Below are positions 1 to 14,500 of a DNA stretch of 64,000 bases, piece by piece; within the stretch, counting starts at the first letter, position 1, and every line of letters begins with the position of its first letter. The stretch lies in NCBI RefSeq assembly GCF_009914755.1, contig NC_060931.1; one strand, given 5' to 3'. A model generated the notes under the pieces. That model saw only the letters and a program-made list of their open reading frames with translations, ran no database searches and was not told the DNA's origin. The stretch comes from the human T2T-CHM13v2.0 reference genome, Homo sapiens. Position numbers and translations under genes: made by a program.

Positions 1-887
1 TGAAGGTTGGGATAGCCCCAAAGTACGGTTTGGGAGTACAGTCAGAAGATGCTCAGTGATCTGGAGTAGTTCTGAGAAATGTGTAGCCCTCCCATCATCA
101 GCTTGAGATTCAGTTAAGTCAGCTGTAAGATGCAAACAGAAGTACACTAAAGCTTCATTTGGAGAGGGACATGCTTTCAAGCCTCACCTTGCATATCCAG
201 AAACCTGTGGTCCCTAAAGTGTCCTGCAATTATAACATAAGTTTTAAATAGAAAATGTATATGATATAGATCCTAGAAAATTCCTTCCATTTACTTCTTA
301 CATTCCCTAAAATAAGAGTACATTTCACCAGTGGGGAAAAGAATCTGTATTTTATTCTTACAGTGCAAAAATGAACACATAATTCACTATGATAGACTCT
401 ATAATATTTCTAAAATGCCAAAATCTGGACCAGGAAGGCAATTTAACTTTTAGTCATATATAACACACATCCAAAGTCTACTATATGATTTGTATTTGAA
501 CATCAAAAGATGTCATAAATACATGGCTACTTTAATAAATCCAGAAAAAAATCTTTCTGCTATGTGAAAAAAAAAACAAGTTTTATTTTTCAGCCTTACT
601 ATATTTTGAAGAGCTATATTTCTTGGCTTCACGGTAAGTCTTAGTAAAGATTTTTAAATGTGTAAGTAACTGAGAAATATAGTACTTTTATAAAGTAGCT
701 CTTTATTCAATTTTTACTGTAAATTCATTATTTTGCTTAAATATTTAACTCTATATTTGTCATTCTTGCTAGTATTTACAATTCTATTGAAATAAATTTG
801 TTAATACAAGTCTTAACCACTTTCTGTTCCCAGTCTTCCATGGCTGTATTTATAACAAAGACTTCTACACATTGAAGGAAAAGATGT

Positions 888-1040
888 TTGTATTCACTCA
901 TTCAAAGAATATTTATTATGTGTCTCTTATATGCCAAGTACTGTTTTTAGGCTGGGAAAGCAAAAGTGAACAAAATGGTCAAAAACATGTGCTTTCATTT
1001 AGCTTCCATCCTGGTATGGAGAGACAGAAAATAAACATAA
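888..1040 (-). mobile_element. L2 3' end fragment
   Basis: cactcattcaaagaatatttatt...tgccaagtactg...gtgaacaaaa resembles the reverse of the L2 3' terminus. Confidence 0.5.
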
Positions 1041-1286
1041 GTTTCCAAGATATGGGAGGCCCAGGAAAAAAATCAAATAAATTTAATAAGTAAACAAATT
1101 ATATTTATGCATTAAAACATAATCGCTCCTGTAGAGGAAAACATATATCAGGTATATGGAATCATACACATTATTGCAAAAATGCTTTTTAGGACATAGA
1201 TCAAACCAAATTAATTGAAAGGCTTATGGAATTTCGAATATAAAGTTACAATATAATATTATTACTCAGTTTTATTTATATATATT

Positions 1287-1512
1287 TAACATAATTTATT
1301 GGTGAGACACCACGTTGGACCCTTTCATATTGAAAATTCATTTAATTCCCAATACAACCTCATATAGTAGGATTTGTTACTTCATTTACACATGTGAGAA
1401 AACTCTGATGTGTGTAGATTAATTAATTTAGCTCAGTAGATGAAGCAAGCAAGTGATGGGGCCAGAATTCAAATCCAGATTTTTGATTCCCAATCTTCTC
1501 TTTTTACTCTAC
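1287..1512 (-). mobile_element. MIR
   Basis: Degenerate core catgtgagaaaactctg and ggggccagaattcaaatccag. Confidence 0.5.
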
Positions 1513-2889
1513 TTTGCTGCATCCAATGCTCCCAGTACTTTATGACAACATTCTGTCCTTTGCTTTATCTCAGATGGCATAAAGTTTTCAGATTTTGACA
1601 TCCTTTCAGTAAAAATAAAAAGTGTCCAGTTATAAAACAACTTTTATGTAGTCTAGCAAAGGGATTTCTAAGGAAATATTTTGCAACTCTCTCAAGATGA
1701 GAGAGAGGCAAGTGAACACTCAGAATTAACATTATGTAACACTCATTCTTTTCTAAATTCTGGGCCAGCAGTGTTGTGTCAAGTGAAGTTGTTGTAGTGG
1801 TGGCCAGGTGAAATGTATTCTCTTCCATTAAAAATATACCTTTGGAATTGTGGGAATAATCAGGACCTCTTATTTCTAAAAGTGCTGCTATTAGCATTTG
1901 ATGATCTCGCACTTGCTAGTGCGGTTGACATAATTGTTCACATCGTTTTAATTTCACATACGCAATGTGTGCACCTGTTGTCAGACCGGCTAAAACTGTT
2001 CTTGCCCTTTGGTATTGGGCCATTCTGCTGATACAGTGTGTTATAAATATGACAAGGACAGCAGCAGTTTGTATTACAGGATAATACAACGTAATTCTAC
2101 TGACAAGCTCATTTCCTATTTACTCTCTATAGTCTGAGATGTGGGTTAAAATTTCAGTCTATGCTATGATGGTTATTACCAAATATGGCCAATAATTAAA
2201 CTTTATTTAGAATATGCCTTCTACAGGGTATATTAGTAAAAGTTACATTGTTCTTGCTTAAATTGATCTTGACTGGGGGAAAAGAGGATGGTATCTTTCA
2301 AAATAAAAACTACTCAAAGTTTTAAAATATCCCTTCCTTGTGTGAAATCCCTTTTGTACTTGAGCCAGCTGTAATAGAGAGGAGCATCCTGTGATTACAG
2401 AAGAAAATGTGACATGGGGATTCTGGATACAGTGGGTTTGCTTGAGTGACACCGATATATTGGGAAGCATCTGTCTTCCCCTTTCACCTAGACACTTGTT
2501 TGTTTACTTTGGCTTTCTACAGGCTACTCAGTTCCCTCTAACTCCTGTGTCCAAAGGCTCAATGTGTATTTGGTTTCAAACACTCCTTATAAATGTATTA
2601 TTGCTAACATTTATAACAATGGGGGAGAATCGTGTCCCAACTTTCTCTTAAATTGTTGCATTTAAATGGTTTTCTCATCAATAAAGCACAGTGTGTTTTA
2701 ACAAAGGAAAATATCTAATCAATCTTGTTCTCCCAAAGTAGCACATACAGAAGGTATGATTAGCTACAGTTCTATTCTTTTTCATTATGTTCATCACACA
2801 TATAGAAAGCTACTATGTTAACATGTGCCAGGCAGAGCACAAACTCACAAGCAGTTTTTCCAGACTCATTGTTCTTTGTGATATATTAT

Positions 2890-3090
2890 TATTAACAAAT
2901 AATACCTCATAGCGCCTCCTACATAGCAGGCATGGTCCTGAGCACTTTACAAGTATTAACTGTCTAATCTTCATAGCACCTTAAGAGGAAAGTATTGTCT
3001 GAAGTCACACAAATAATGCTGGTGCAGCCAGGTGATTTGAATCCAGCAGTTTAGATGCAGAGTTTGTGTCCTCCTGAACTACTCTATGCT
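2890..3090 (-). mobile_element. MIR
   Basis: gagcactttacaagtattaac...aagtcacac...atttgaatccagcag. Confidence 0.5.
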
Positions 3091-3627
3091 CTGTCTATGA
3101 ATTTTCAGCTAGCAATAGTTTGTGTGCAATAAAAAAATAGGATATGGTTCCTGTCCTCAAAGGATTTACAATCTAACCCTGTTTCTTCTTTCTTTCAACA
3201 TGCATCTTCAAAGATTTTGATAGGTGCTATAATTCATTAATTTACTAAATATCTTCATTTATTAAGCATGTACCATATATCATGTCTTGGGATAGACATT
3301 TGAGAGACATGAACAATGCAGGCCTGGCTGTTAAAGGGCTGATATGCGAAAAATGTAATTTCCTTTCGTGAGTGCTAATGAAAGTATGCATTTCAATTAA
3401 AAATTTCCGTAAGAGATAATGTTTGACTATTGAGAGTTGATTTGGAATTTGATAAGTGAAATAACGAAAAGAGGAAGGAATTGTAGGTGGAAGGAATAGT
3501 GATGTATAAAGGAGCAGGTTGTGGGTCAGGGATAAAGATGATTAAGAGTGTGATGTGATCTGACCAGAGAAGGAAGGCAGGGTATATGTTAAATGATCTT
3601 GTGTTCCTTAATAAAGATGTAGAATTG

Positions 3628-3948
3628 GGCCGGGTGCGGTGGCTCACGCCTGTAATCCCAGCACTTCGGGAGGCCGAGGTGGGCGGATCACGAGGTCAGG
3701 AGATCAAGACCATCCTGGCTAACAAGGTGAAACCCCATCTCTACTAAAACTACAAAAATTAGCCAGGCGTGGTGGCGGGTGCCTGTAGTCCCAGCTACTT
3801 GGGAGGCTGAGGCAGGAGAATTGTGTGAACCTGGGAGGCAGAGTTGCAGTGAGCCGAGATTGCACCACTGCACTCCAGCCTGGGCGACAGAGCGAGACTT
3901 TGTCTCAAAAAAAAAAAAAAATAATAATAATAATAAAATAAAATAAAT
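3628..3948 (+). mobile_element. Alu, AluY/Sc-like, full length
   Basis: ggccgggtgcggtggctcacgcc start; ggatcacgaggtcaggagatc and catcctggctaac diagnostics; A/(AAT) tail; TSD gatgtagaattg at 3616-3627 and 3949-3960. Confidence 0.95.
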
Positions 3949-5021
3949 GATGTAGAATTGATTCTATCAGTATGGGAAATAATGAAGACATTTAAGTGCT
4001 GAAAATCATGGCATTCACAACATTAAAAAGAGTGTATTTTAGGTTAATAAAATGGACAGGTTGACTCACAGCTGTCATTGCAAGTAATTTAGATTCCCAA
4101 TTGTGTTTTTTACCAAGTCCCCCTCATCTTCTCCACCACCTCCTTTGGCTCCTCTTGTTCAGCCTCTCTCCTGGTTTTTGCTGACCTCCAACCAATCTCA
4201 TCACTCCTTCTAGTAATAAAAATCATCTGTACTTTACTGAGGTTTAATCTCAAGTTTTCAGAAAAAACTGAGTGTCTGCCTTTAAGCCTTATAATGAATT
4301 TAAATTTCAGCCTTCTTTTTCCTTGTCAATTCAAAAATCCCCTTTGTTATTAGAATTTCAATTTCCATTGTGAGAAAGAGGAATATTTATATGAAAGAGC
4401 AATAAACTATTGAGGGAATAACGTAGAATTATGATACTTCAGTAGTTCTCCTCTCCTCACATGTGAAGACCCATTCTACCTCACTGAGATGCATTCCAGT
4501 TTTGCTACAGCCTAATTGAGAGAAACTGCAGCACTGTTTATCTACAAAGAGCTCTGGATTGCTTCTCACCTCGACCCCTTCCTGACCATGTCCTTTCAGT
4601 ACAAAACCCATCCTCTCTGAGTGTTTTCTCTACTATATTTACCTAAAAGAGCTATTAAAAGATAATGCAGTTAGAACTACTTTATAAAAGCACAGTGCAG
4701 ATTAAAGGCATTGCTATTAATTTGTATTTTCAGCTAGAGTTGAGCTCTGTATTTCTATGCATCAGTATTCCTCCAAGGACCTCTATATTTTATGGCCTAA
4801 AATTTTCATCTTTCTGTTACAGTGAGGACAATTCAGTTGACCTTCAGTTCTTGCATATGAGGTCATCTTTGTCCTTGTCAGCCTTTCAGAGAAACTGCCT
4901 TTCACTTCTAGAGAAAAACTTTAGAATAACTTCCCAAATAGCCCTTGATTTGCATTCATGATGTCCTTCAAGGGAAATTTACTACTTTTTTATATTGAAT
5001 TTTTATGCCTTCTTTTCTTAG

Positions 5022-5222
<201 letters not shown>

Positions 5223-5764
5223 TAACTGCCAAAGTCACTTGACATATAATGTTGAACAATTTCTAGAATGTGCTACTATCTCCCTCTAAAAAAATTTATA
5301 AAAACAAATATTTATCCATGACCAACTTTCTCACATCATAGAAAACTTATCTCTTTTTTTTAACTTCCCCTCTATTTTTCTTTAACTGTGTCTCTTTATT
5401 CCTGAAATTATTTCATTTATATTTTTGTAGCATTTTGGAGTTGTATAGTTCATGTTTAAATGCTACATAAAATATGTTCATGTTTATGAGACTGAATACA
5501 TGTTCTGCCCCGCACCCAAACTGCTTCATATTTTAAGAAAATTGCAGCTTCATCTGACTGCAAGTAGAATGTGCTGGAAATTGTTTCCAGAAGCCAGCTT
5601 AAATGTGATTCACAGATTGGCTCTAAATAGGAAAGAAGTATGGATATTGATCATATGTACCATTAGTATATTATTTCTGTCATTTGGAGAGAATAATAAA
5701 AGACAAGTTTTTAAACAAGTTATTTGCAAAGAAAGTTGAGTAAATAATGAGAGTCAAAAGGGCA

Positions 5765-5990
5765 ATAACAATAAGACCTAACGTTTCTTGAACAAGTAAC
5801 TGTGGCAGATTCCATGCTATATTCTGTATTCATGGTCACATTTAACTTACACTATAGCTGCCAAGCATCCTAAGATTAAGAAATATTAATTCCAACCCCT
5901 AACCCAGATTGCAGAAAAGGAAACTGAGGCTTTACTGGCTGAAGTGACTCACCTCGCATCTTACATCTGGTGTGAGGGATGGACAGATGG
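5765..5990 (-). mobile_element. MIR
   Basis: Core gcagaaaaggaaactgaggct...gaagtgactcacc. Confidence 0.5.
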
Positions 5991-8073
5991 TGATACCTGT
6001 GTTTCAACTCTCACTTTCTCTGCTCTGGCTTTTTACCTCTTTGATACTTCAATCTCTCCTTTAGTCCATAATCCTGCACTTACCTATCATTTTGAGAGCT
6101 ACAATAATGTAGAACCCTCATTCAGAATAAGCAAATCAGATTTTTCTCTTTATGATTGTACAATATATCTATTTTCCTATTTATTAAAAGGGGAGGAGGA
6201 GAAGCAATTTGAGTTAAGTGCTCTCAGCCATTGGTTCCTTTGGGGGAGAAGAGTCAGATCCTGGTATTACAGTAGCTTTCAGAATGATCTTGCCATCATC
6301 ACAGCACTCCTTCAGTTAGGTGCCCCCTTGCTGGTTTGTGCTGGCGAATGAATGAAAGCAAGTTGGGAAGATGTTTCTGAGAAGGTTGGGGGACTATTTA
6401 GCCATGGCTATCCTTTATCACATTGGCAGTGAAACTGTGAGCTACTTAGAAGAAACTCTGAGGGAACAGAGCCCAGAAGATCTGCTTTGATGAGAAGAAA
6501 GAAGGTCTTAAAATACGCAGAGCCTGGATCATGGGGACACAGGCATTTGTTTATTCTATTTAGTCATCACTGCCTTCTAGGAGTAGTGTGGAAATCTAAA
6601 GCACTGAGCTTCTGGGAGCAAATGAGGAAAAGAAAACAAAATAGGAAAGCTCTGGAGTATTATGGAGATCTGAAAAGAAACTTTGCAAACCTTATATTTT
6701 CACTGGTGTTGGCTCTATTATGTAAGACCAATCTAGAGTCCTGGGATACCCATAAATGATACTTAGAAACCTATTTATCAGAATAGCTATTAGTATAAAG
6801 AAAAAAATATGAAATGTTTAATATTTCTTTCATTCAACAAAATATTTCATCCCATCACTAAAGGGGTGATTGTATAACTACTGCACACTGCCATGGGACC
6901 CATGCTCTTGGAGCCGTGCAGAATGGCCCTGATAACATGCTACTGTTTTCTAAAATTCCTATATTTCCCTGCCTTCTTGTTGCTGCTACTGACTTTCTAT
7001 GGGCACAACATGGATTATCTGTACATTTCAACTTGAATTTAACTTTAGTTTTCTATTTTCTCCAGCTGCAAAACAGATGGATTATATCTCCTCTTTCCCT
7101 TGATGTTCTTGGGTCAGTTTTACCACAAAAAGGAGAATTACTCTGCAGCTTCCAAATATCAAGGAAGTGCAAAAACAGCCTGAAGGCAATAGAATATGGC
7201 AGCCAAAGGAACTGCTGGGCCCAGCGGCATAAGATAACTATATAGTGTCCCTAGAATTTGTCAGTGTAAATGCTGATTTGGTTTCCTTTTCCCACATTCC
7301 CACAGCTTTTAAAACATCTAAATCCTACCTCTGTCTTGGCATTCTTTTACTGTGTATAATAAGATATTATTACTGGACAGGTCTCAAGAAAGGGTAGCAA
7401 TTTCACAATTTCATGAGTATGGAACATTGGTTTTTGTTTTTTTATTTGATTTTGTAGTTTTTACTATGAGAACAATATGCATCAAATACCTGAAATTTTT
7501 TTTAAAAAAGAGTTGTGACTATAATCTAACATTTCCTTGATGATTTATTGTATAAAAAGAAAACATTTTTATTGCAGCCTATTTTCCATGCCACAAATTT
7601 AATCTATAAATTATGTTTGAATTGAGGCACTTGCTACAAAACAATATTTCCTAGAAATGTGATTCTTACAGAATTTGTTTTGCTTTAGTTTCACATATTC
7701 ATCTCATGGTTATTTTTACCATGTGTATATCAACAGAGAATATGAAACTATAGTGGGAATATTTAAATGAAACCTTCCCAAGTTGAGCAGCCTGGGGGAA
7801 GAGGAAACAATTTAGAATAATCCAGAACCCTACTCCACTTCCTTTTACCACAGCATTTTCTGCTGTTTACTAACCTGCAATTTGAAAATATTACATCAAA
7901 AACAAAACAGATACTCTCACAAATGTTACTGAGTACCCAGGTGCAGTTTTGACACTTTGATAAAATGTATTTTTCATCCTAGGACAATAAATATAGAAGG
8001 TATTTTCTCTATTTCACCTATTTCACCTGCTTTCCTGTCCTTTCCTGATCCATCCCATTCTCCTCTAAAATCT

Positions 8074-8249
8074 ACTTAGAGTAGATTCTATCATTGGATC
8101 CGAATTATTTATGTATACTTGAAGAGTAGTACATATTTAGCAATTTTCTGTCAATTTCTGAATACATATTGCACTTTCAAATTATGCACGTTATAATCCA
8201 CACGAAAAACAAAATGCAAACCTGCAATCAAACTACAGAATTAAAGTCA
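8074..8249 (+). repeat. Local direct repeat, copy 1
   Basis: About 91% identical to 9344-9537 by manual alignment, with one 18-nt indel. Confidence 0.9.
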
Positions 8250-9343
8250 CTCACTTTGCACCATCCTTTGAAGGACACATGGCCCCTTTCCAGCTTGGAG
8301 TCATTCTTTTTTAACCTTTTGAGTAACATAATAGGATAAAAATCAGCAAAACTAAAATGGTCATAAGCCAGATAGGAAATACTCCACTATTAAATATAAT
8401 ATTTACTGGTAGAGTAACTTTGAGTTTTGTATTTGATTTAGTTTTCCTATGACTTATATACTAGACACTTATTGAAAAGGAAGAAGTAGGCAGTTTCGAG
8501 TCCTACATTAGAATATGGGTGTTATGTCACCCCACCCACTGGTTAATTCCTTTCTAGTGACATAAGAGAAGTTGATGTCTCTATTGGGAGAGATTTTAGG
8601 GCTATGAACATATGACTTACGCAAGTTAAGTTCTCTGAGCCCTAGTTCTTTTATCTGTTAAAGGCATTAATTGTTCTTAACTTCAGAGTAGTATGTGGTG
8701 GGGATTGAATCACTTTGTCCAAACTTATCAGAGTTCTAGAAGGAGACAAAGTAAAGTCCAGTCAGTGTTTTATCTCATGCAGTAGCCAGAGAAAGCGACC
8801 CAGGATTTTACATGTTAAAAACAGCCACAAGTAATTCTTATGTGTAGCCCAGTTTGGGAAGCACTGTTCTGAGGGACATATTATTGGTTCAAAGAGTAAC
8901 AATTTTTAGAGTTAATTTTGGGAATAAAACAATGCAACAGTCTGCTTGCTATTATGCTATTACATTGCCTATGATTTAACTGCATAGATATTTACAAACA
9001 GCATTTCATCTTTAAACTGATTTTGAGAACAGTATGAGAACAATTGTCTTTACAGATTTAGGCCTACAGAACTTAGCAGAGTAAACATATGCACTATTAT
9101 GGTTCTCCCATCCCTTGCTTTGGAAAAATATATCTTATGCCCCTGCATTTGTGAGAACATATAATTCTCTAAAGGAGAATTCCTTCTCTAAAGGAAAAGA
9201 TAGAAGCACCATTCAATTATTTTGTTTCCTATCATGTAAGTGCTGTTTAGTAAATCAATGCTTCAGTGCACAGTGGCCTAAAAAGGAAAGTTTTAATCCT
9301 ACTCCAGTGGTAAAATCCAAGTAGTATGTCATCAAGGACTCTG

Positions 9344-9537
9344 ACTTAGAGTAGATTTTATCATTGGATCAGAATCATTTATGTATACTTGAAGAGTAGT
9401 GGATATTTGGCAATTTTCTGTCAATTTCTGAACACATATTGTATTGAAAAGGATATACAAATAAACAAATTATGTATATTATAATCCATGTGAAAAACAA
9501 AATGCAAACCTGCAAGCAAGCTACAGAATTAAAGTCA
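9344..9537 (+). repeat. Local direct repeat, copy 2
   Basis: Partner of 8074-8249. Confidence 0.9.
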
Positions 9538-9640
9538 GTCTTGCAGTTTAAAATTGCTCTTGTTTTTATAACTTGAGGGTTTAACATAGAATGTTTTTTG
9601 AAGAAACACAGAAAGTAAAAGACCATATAGATATCCTTGC

Positions 9641-9865
9641 CAAGGGCTGGCAAACTATAGTCCACTGGCTAAATCTGGCCCACCGCCTGTTTTTGTAAAT
9701 AAAGTTTTATTAGAACACTGCCACTCTCCTCTGCTTTTGTATTGCCTTTGGCAGCATTTGTTTTACAAAGGCAGAGTTGATTAATTGCAACAGAGTCTGT
9801 ATGGCTTTTAAAGCCTAAAATTTTTATTATTAGGTCCTTTACAGAAAAAAGTTTCCTGGCTCCTG
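9641..9865 (+). mobile_element. MER58A (hAT-Charlie MITE)
   Basis: caagggctggcaaactatag...gtaaataaagttttatt...cctttacagaaaaaagtttcctggctcctg; 225 bp. Confidence 0.8.
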
Positions 9866-10979
9866 TATCCAGAATAAGCCTATGTAACTTGATGTCATAC
9901 CAAGTTGATGATTCAACTCTAGGACTGAGATGTTTCATTTTTTAACTTACACCAAATCTTATTCAAAAAGGATTTGAAGGTTTATAATAAAATATATAAT
10001 AACAAAATTAATAAAATGTACATATAAAATTAGGCACCAAACTGGTTATTCCACTTAGCTACTATAATTTAGGCTTAGTTTTGTCTGTGAGCCTCCAAGC
10101 ACCTAGAACAATGAGAGAAATAATAGAAGTTTTACTCTCAGGAAGAAGGAACCATTATGATTCATCCCCCTAACTTCCCACATGCTCAAATGAGAAATTT
10201 AAAACAATTTTTTCAAAGGGAGTATTGAGTAAACAACAGTAAGTTATGCAATGGGTCAAAAGCCAGAGCAACATTTGTATTGGAAATAAAGTAGATGTCA
10301 TATCTTGGTTCATATAGCAACATTCTAATATGAGTTGAGAGTATAACATTACAGCATGATATAGCAAAGACATTTCCATAAGGGGCTAGAGTTAATACTA
10401 CAATAAATAGTATTTATTGGAATTTGTATTGAAATTAAACTTGATACAGTGTGTTCTGGAGAGTAGTATTTAAATGATGCTGCTTCACAGCTTTTCAACT
10501 CCTAATAAGGACACTCTTATTTACCCACATGTGTTCTTGGGAAATACTATTAAAAGATATAGTTAATAGAGCAAGAGATACAGATCACTACTTAATGTTG
10601 TGGAAAATATAAAAAGGAAGATCTATTTCCTTCCTTGTTTATAATTTAATAGATTTCTATCTTCCTATGTTTTATTTACATTCACTTGCACTTTAAAGAA
10701 TGTCCAACATCAGTATATCACTTGATATTTAGTATAATTTTGAAGGTTATTTATAGTGGCTACTTGCCAAAAGCTGTTTCTGTAGTTTGTATAGAAAAGA
10801 AACATCCACGACAGATCAATCTTAACCTTTGTAATGGAAAACATATTTCACATTTTTCTTTTTATTTGTAATAAAAAAGAAGCTATAAGGAAGTCGAGCT
10901 TTAAATTGCCCATAAGTAAGACGAGCTTAACCACAATAATAACTTTCTTGGGGAGGTAGTAGGCTTTGGAAATTAAAAA

Positions 10980-11165
10980 GTATAAGCATTGAAGTAAGAC
11001 AGAACCTAGGTTGGAGTCCTTAGTGTTACCTTTTAATGGTTACATAACCCTGGGCAAGTAACTTATCCTCTGAAAGTCTTGGTATTCTCATCTACAAGTT
11101 GATCCTTTTGAGGTTGTTTTAAGAATGGTACATAGTAATCACCCCATAAACGGGAGATAATATTG
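10980..11165 (+). mobile_element. MIR
   Basis: ccctgggcaagtaacttatcctctg...ttctcatctaca core. Confidence 0.5.
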
Positions 11166-11421
11166 TTACTGCTGTCAAGAAGTAGTTACAGAAAGGAGAA
11201 TATGACATTTCCCCTGTAGGGAGGTGTATTTAAAATATGCAGTAGTGTAAGAGTGCTGCTGTTGGATGTTATTATGGGTAAAATGAACTTGATAGGTGTT
11301 TTTCAATTTAGCCTTCTCGACTTATATGTTCTCATTAGAAGGTCTGGGTTGTAAATCCTCCTGAAATTCTGACATACTCTCCTGGATTATTCCCTTGGAA
11401 AAATCTCACATTAAAAAAAAA

Positions 11422-11525
11422 ATCTGTAAGCTTCCTAAGGTCAGGGACCATGTCTTTTATGCTTATCATTTATAACCACACCTTCCACATAGGGGCATAT
11501 GATAAATATTTATTAAATACATGAA
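11422..11525 (+). mobile_element. L2 3' end
   Basis: ctgtaagcttcctaaggtcagggaccatgtc...ataaatatttattaaat. Confidence 0.5.
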
Positions 11526-14500
11526 CAAAGGAAGATAAAATAGTACATCAATATTTGGGCTCCTTAAACAGCAAATTCACTCAGGAAACTCATATTAAAC
11601 TTAGTTCATAAAACTTTTATTTTATTTGACTTTAGAGGAACACTGATATTCTATTTAGACTTAAGTCCACTCTTACACCAAAGATAATGAAACCATAAAT
11701 ATAGTATTACATAGGGCTGATAGTTTATACATCAAATGATTCTATACTGCTGGGGCTTTTGAGTACTTGTGTCCATTTTTAAGAATTTTACTCTTGCCTT
11801 GCTTTCAAGGCTCTCCTGTTACATTTGCCAGGTTACTTGACCTATTGATTTTGGGACAGGTTGGATGAGTTTCTTTCTATACATATTCAGTTATAGGTGC
11901 TGTGAATTTTCATAGGGATGTATTCAGCAGAAACTCAAGCAAGCAGAAATGCCAGGTCAGGAGATGTAGGTTTGTGGGTCATCTGCTGAGAGGTGATAAT
12001 TGATTTACTGAAGGTTCAATAGCCTATAAAGCAGTGTGACACAGTGTTGCCTAAGGATGCTCTCTGGTAAAAGTAAGTATACAGCTTTTGCTACTCGCAA
12101 ACATACAAAGCAAGAAGGAGGACAGTCAAAAACCGCGTCATATCACTTAGGTCCTATCTGCATCCTCTATATTATGCTCTGTAGTTTATTTCTTAGTGTA
12201 ATGTAAGTTTTATTGGTCTTCCAGTTCTTTGCTTTGAAAAAACATATATTATGATCCAGAATTTTAATAACATACTTCTCTAGAAAAAAAAGACACCATC
12301 AAATTATTATCTTTCCTATCATCCAGATGCTATTCAGTAAATCATTATTTTACTTCATAGGATAGTAAGTGGCCAAAAAAAAAAAGATACATATTTTTCA
12401 AAGTTTTTAACCTGCTCCTGGGGTCAAGTCTCAGTAATATGTAGTTCAAAAGACTCTGACACAGAGTATATTTTATCATTTTGTCAGAATTATTTACGTA
12501 TACTTCAAGAGGGTTTATTTCTACAGTTGCAGCAGAAGCCAGAACTGTAGCAGGAATGAGAAAACAGATTGTTCAACTGAAGAGAATATTTCTGGGAGGC
12601 CCTGTAGTAGTTGAACCAATATTTTTGTATTCCCATTGTTTAACAAGGTGCTTGAATGCAAGATTTATTTTTAGTAACTCAAGAGGGCATCACTAGGACC
12701 AGTTTATGGAAGGACATTTTATCTATCAGAGTTGTCCAGCAATAGAACAGCCCAGAACAAAAAGTAGGAAGTTTGGTTGCAACAGAAGCAACTCTGGGTT
12801 GCTGTATTATGTAGCAGAATGAGTGAAATAACCACCAAAGCTTTTTTACAACTCTACAGTTCTGTGGTACAATATAAGACTCAAACACACAGAATGAGAG
12901 AAAACAAGACAAAAATGTGAATCTCTATCATTGCAGGGATTCATTTTCTTTAGTCTTTGCTTTGTCTGGTGTTGCACGGGCAGAAGAGAGAAATAGCAGT
13001 CAAGGAAGAGGTGAGAAACACCAGTGTGGAGCAAATCTGGAGGTGGCCCTCTTGGACTAATAGTGCACATTTATAGCAGATGCTTCTGCTGGTAATTTAA
13101 GACTTGAGAGCCTAATGAACTTCTCTTCTCATTTCTTTCCCCCCTCTAGCCCCACACCAGCACCCTACTGCTTTCCTGAGTTTAATATGCTCTATGACTA
13201 TTTAGCAGGAAGACAAAAGAGTAAAGGTCACATTTAAAAGGCACTGTGTGTTTTGCCTTGCCGGTGTTTTGCCTAGAACACGTTTGACATACGTTTTTCA
13301 TTATGCAAGTAATAGGCTTTGGACGGTATCAGAAGTGCTTCTGTACTTTATTTAGTTAATCAAACTGGGGGGAAAAAAGGAATTGAATCAAAGAAACATG
13401 TAAGACTGCACTATTCTATTTTACTGGGTTATGACACACAGTAATTGTATGCTCAGGTTTATTGTTATTTTCCTCAGTGCTTATAGATTTACTGATGTAT
13501 TTACGACCAAACAGAATTCGTTCTTTAATTGGCTCACTGGAGCTCAAGGAATGTTTATTTAACCTTAACTCAGTTGAGTTGTTTAGACTACAGGGACTTC
13601 AGTTCAATTTACTTTAATTTTTGAAAAAAATTTTCTTATTTATAAAAGTTGAGCTTAGAGTGACCTCCCCATTCTGATGTTTTCTTTACCCTTCGCTGTG
13701 CACAGAGAACAAAAAGCCAGTGTCTCGTTTTTACTCCAAAGAAACTAAACTGCTTCCTTAAATGGGTTAGCTCTTACAACTGAAAATGGCAACCAGATGT
13801 TTACCAAAGTCCCTAGCATTGCCCCTTCAAGCCTAGCTTCCTTCTAATTGTTTGATCTTTTTAAGTTTCATAGAAAACAGACTGGGTATTTAAATAGTCT
13901 AAAGCTGGGAAATGTTTAAATATAACTTCGAAGATACTTTCTCTGAACTGTCTTGTTAGATGTACTTTCTTTTATTTTTAAGGAAAAATGCAGCATTGAA
14001 AATTTGATAAGTAATTTACTTCAGGTCATTGTTCTTTTTGTATGTCTTTAAAATGGAAAAAAGACTATTTTTTGAAAAGAAATTAGACATTTTTGTTTGG
14101 TTTTGCCTAAACTGTGCTTTGAATGGCAGATTTAATTTGTAAAAACACATAATATCCGAATTACATTTAGATTGAGGAAAGACTCCAGGAAAGATAAACA
14201 AACTCCTTCATACGGGAGCTTTCAAACGACAGTTTGTGGATTAACTAAAAAGGGAGTTTGGAGACTCCAGGTACAGGGTGTTTGCTACGCCAATGCATTA
14301 TCCAGTTTAGCTGTTTGAAGTATTTTTGACATTTTTCTCAATTTGGGAGGAGTTTGGGAGCTTCTAACTATAGTTCCCAGACTCTTTTAATGATTGTACA
14401 ACTTTTACTTTCTACTCTCAATATTATAAATATTGTTGAAACCTCCCAACTCACTTCCTTTTTAGACTTGATGTTTCCCAAAATAATTAACATTTTCCCC

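Noticed and set aside
5944-7245. ORFs of 90-135 aa in intron 3
   Set aside because: Non-ATG starts, no splice or homology support, and one begins in a MIR.
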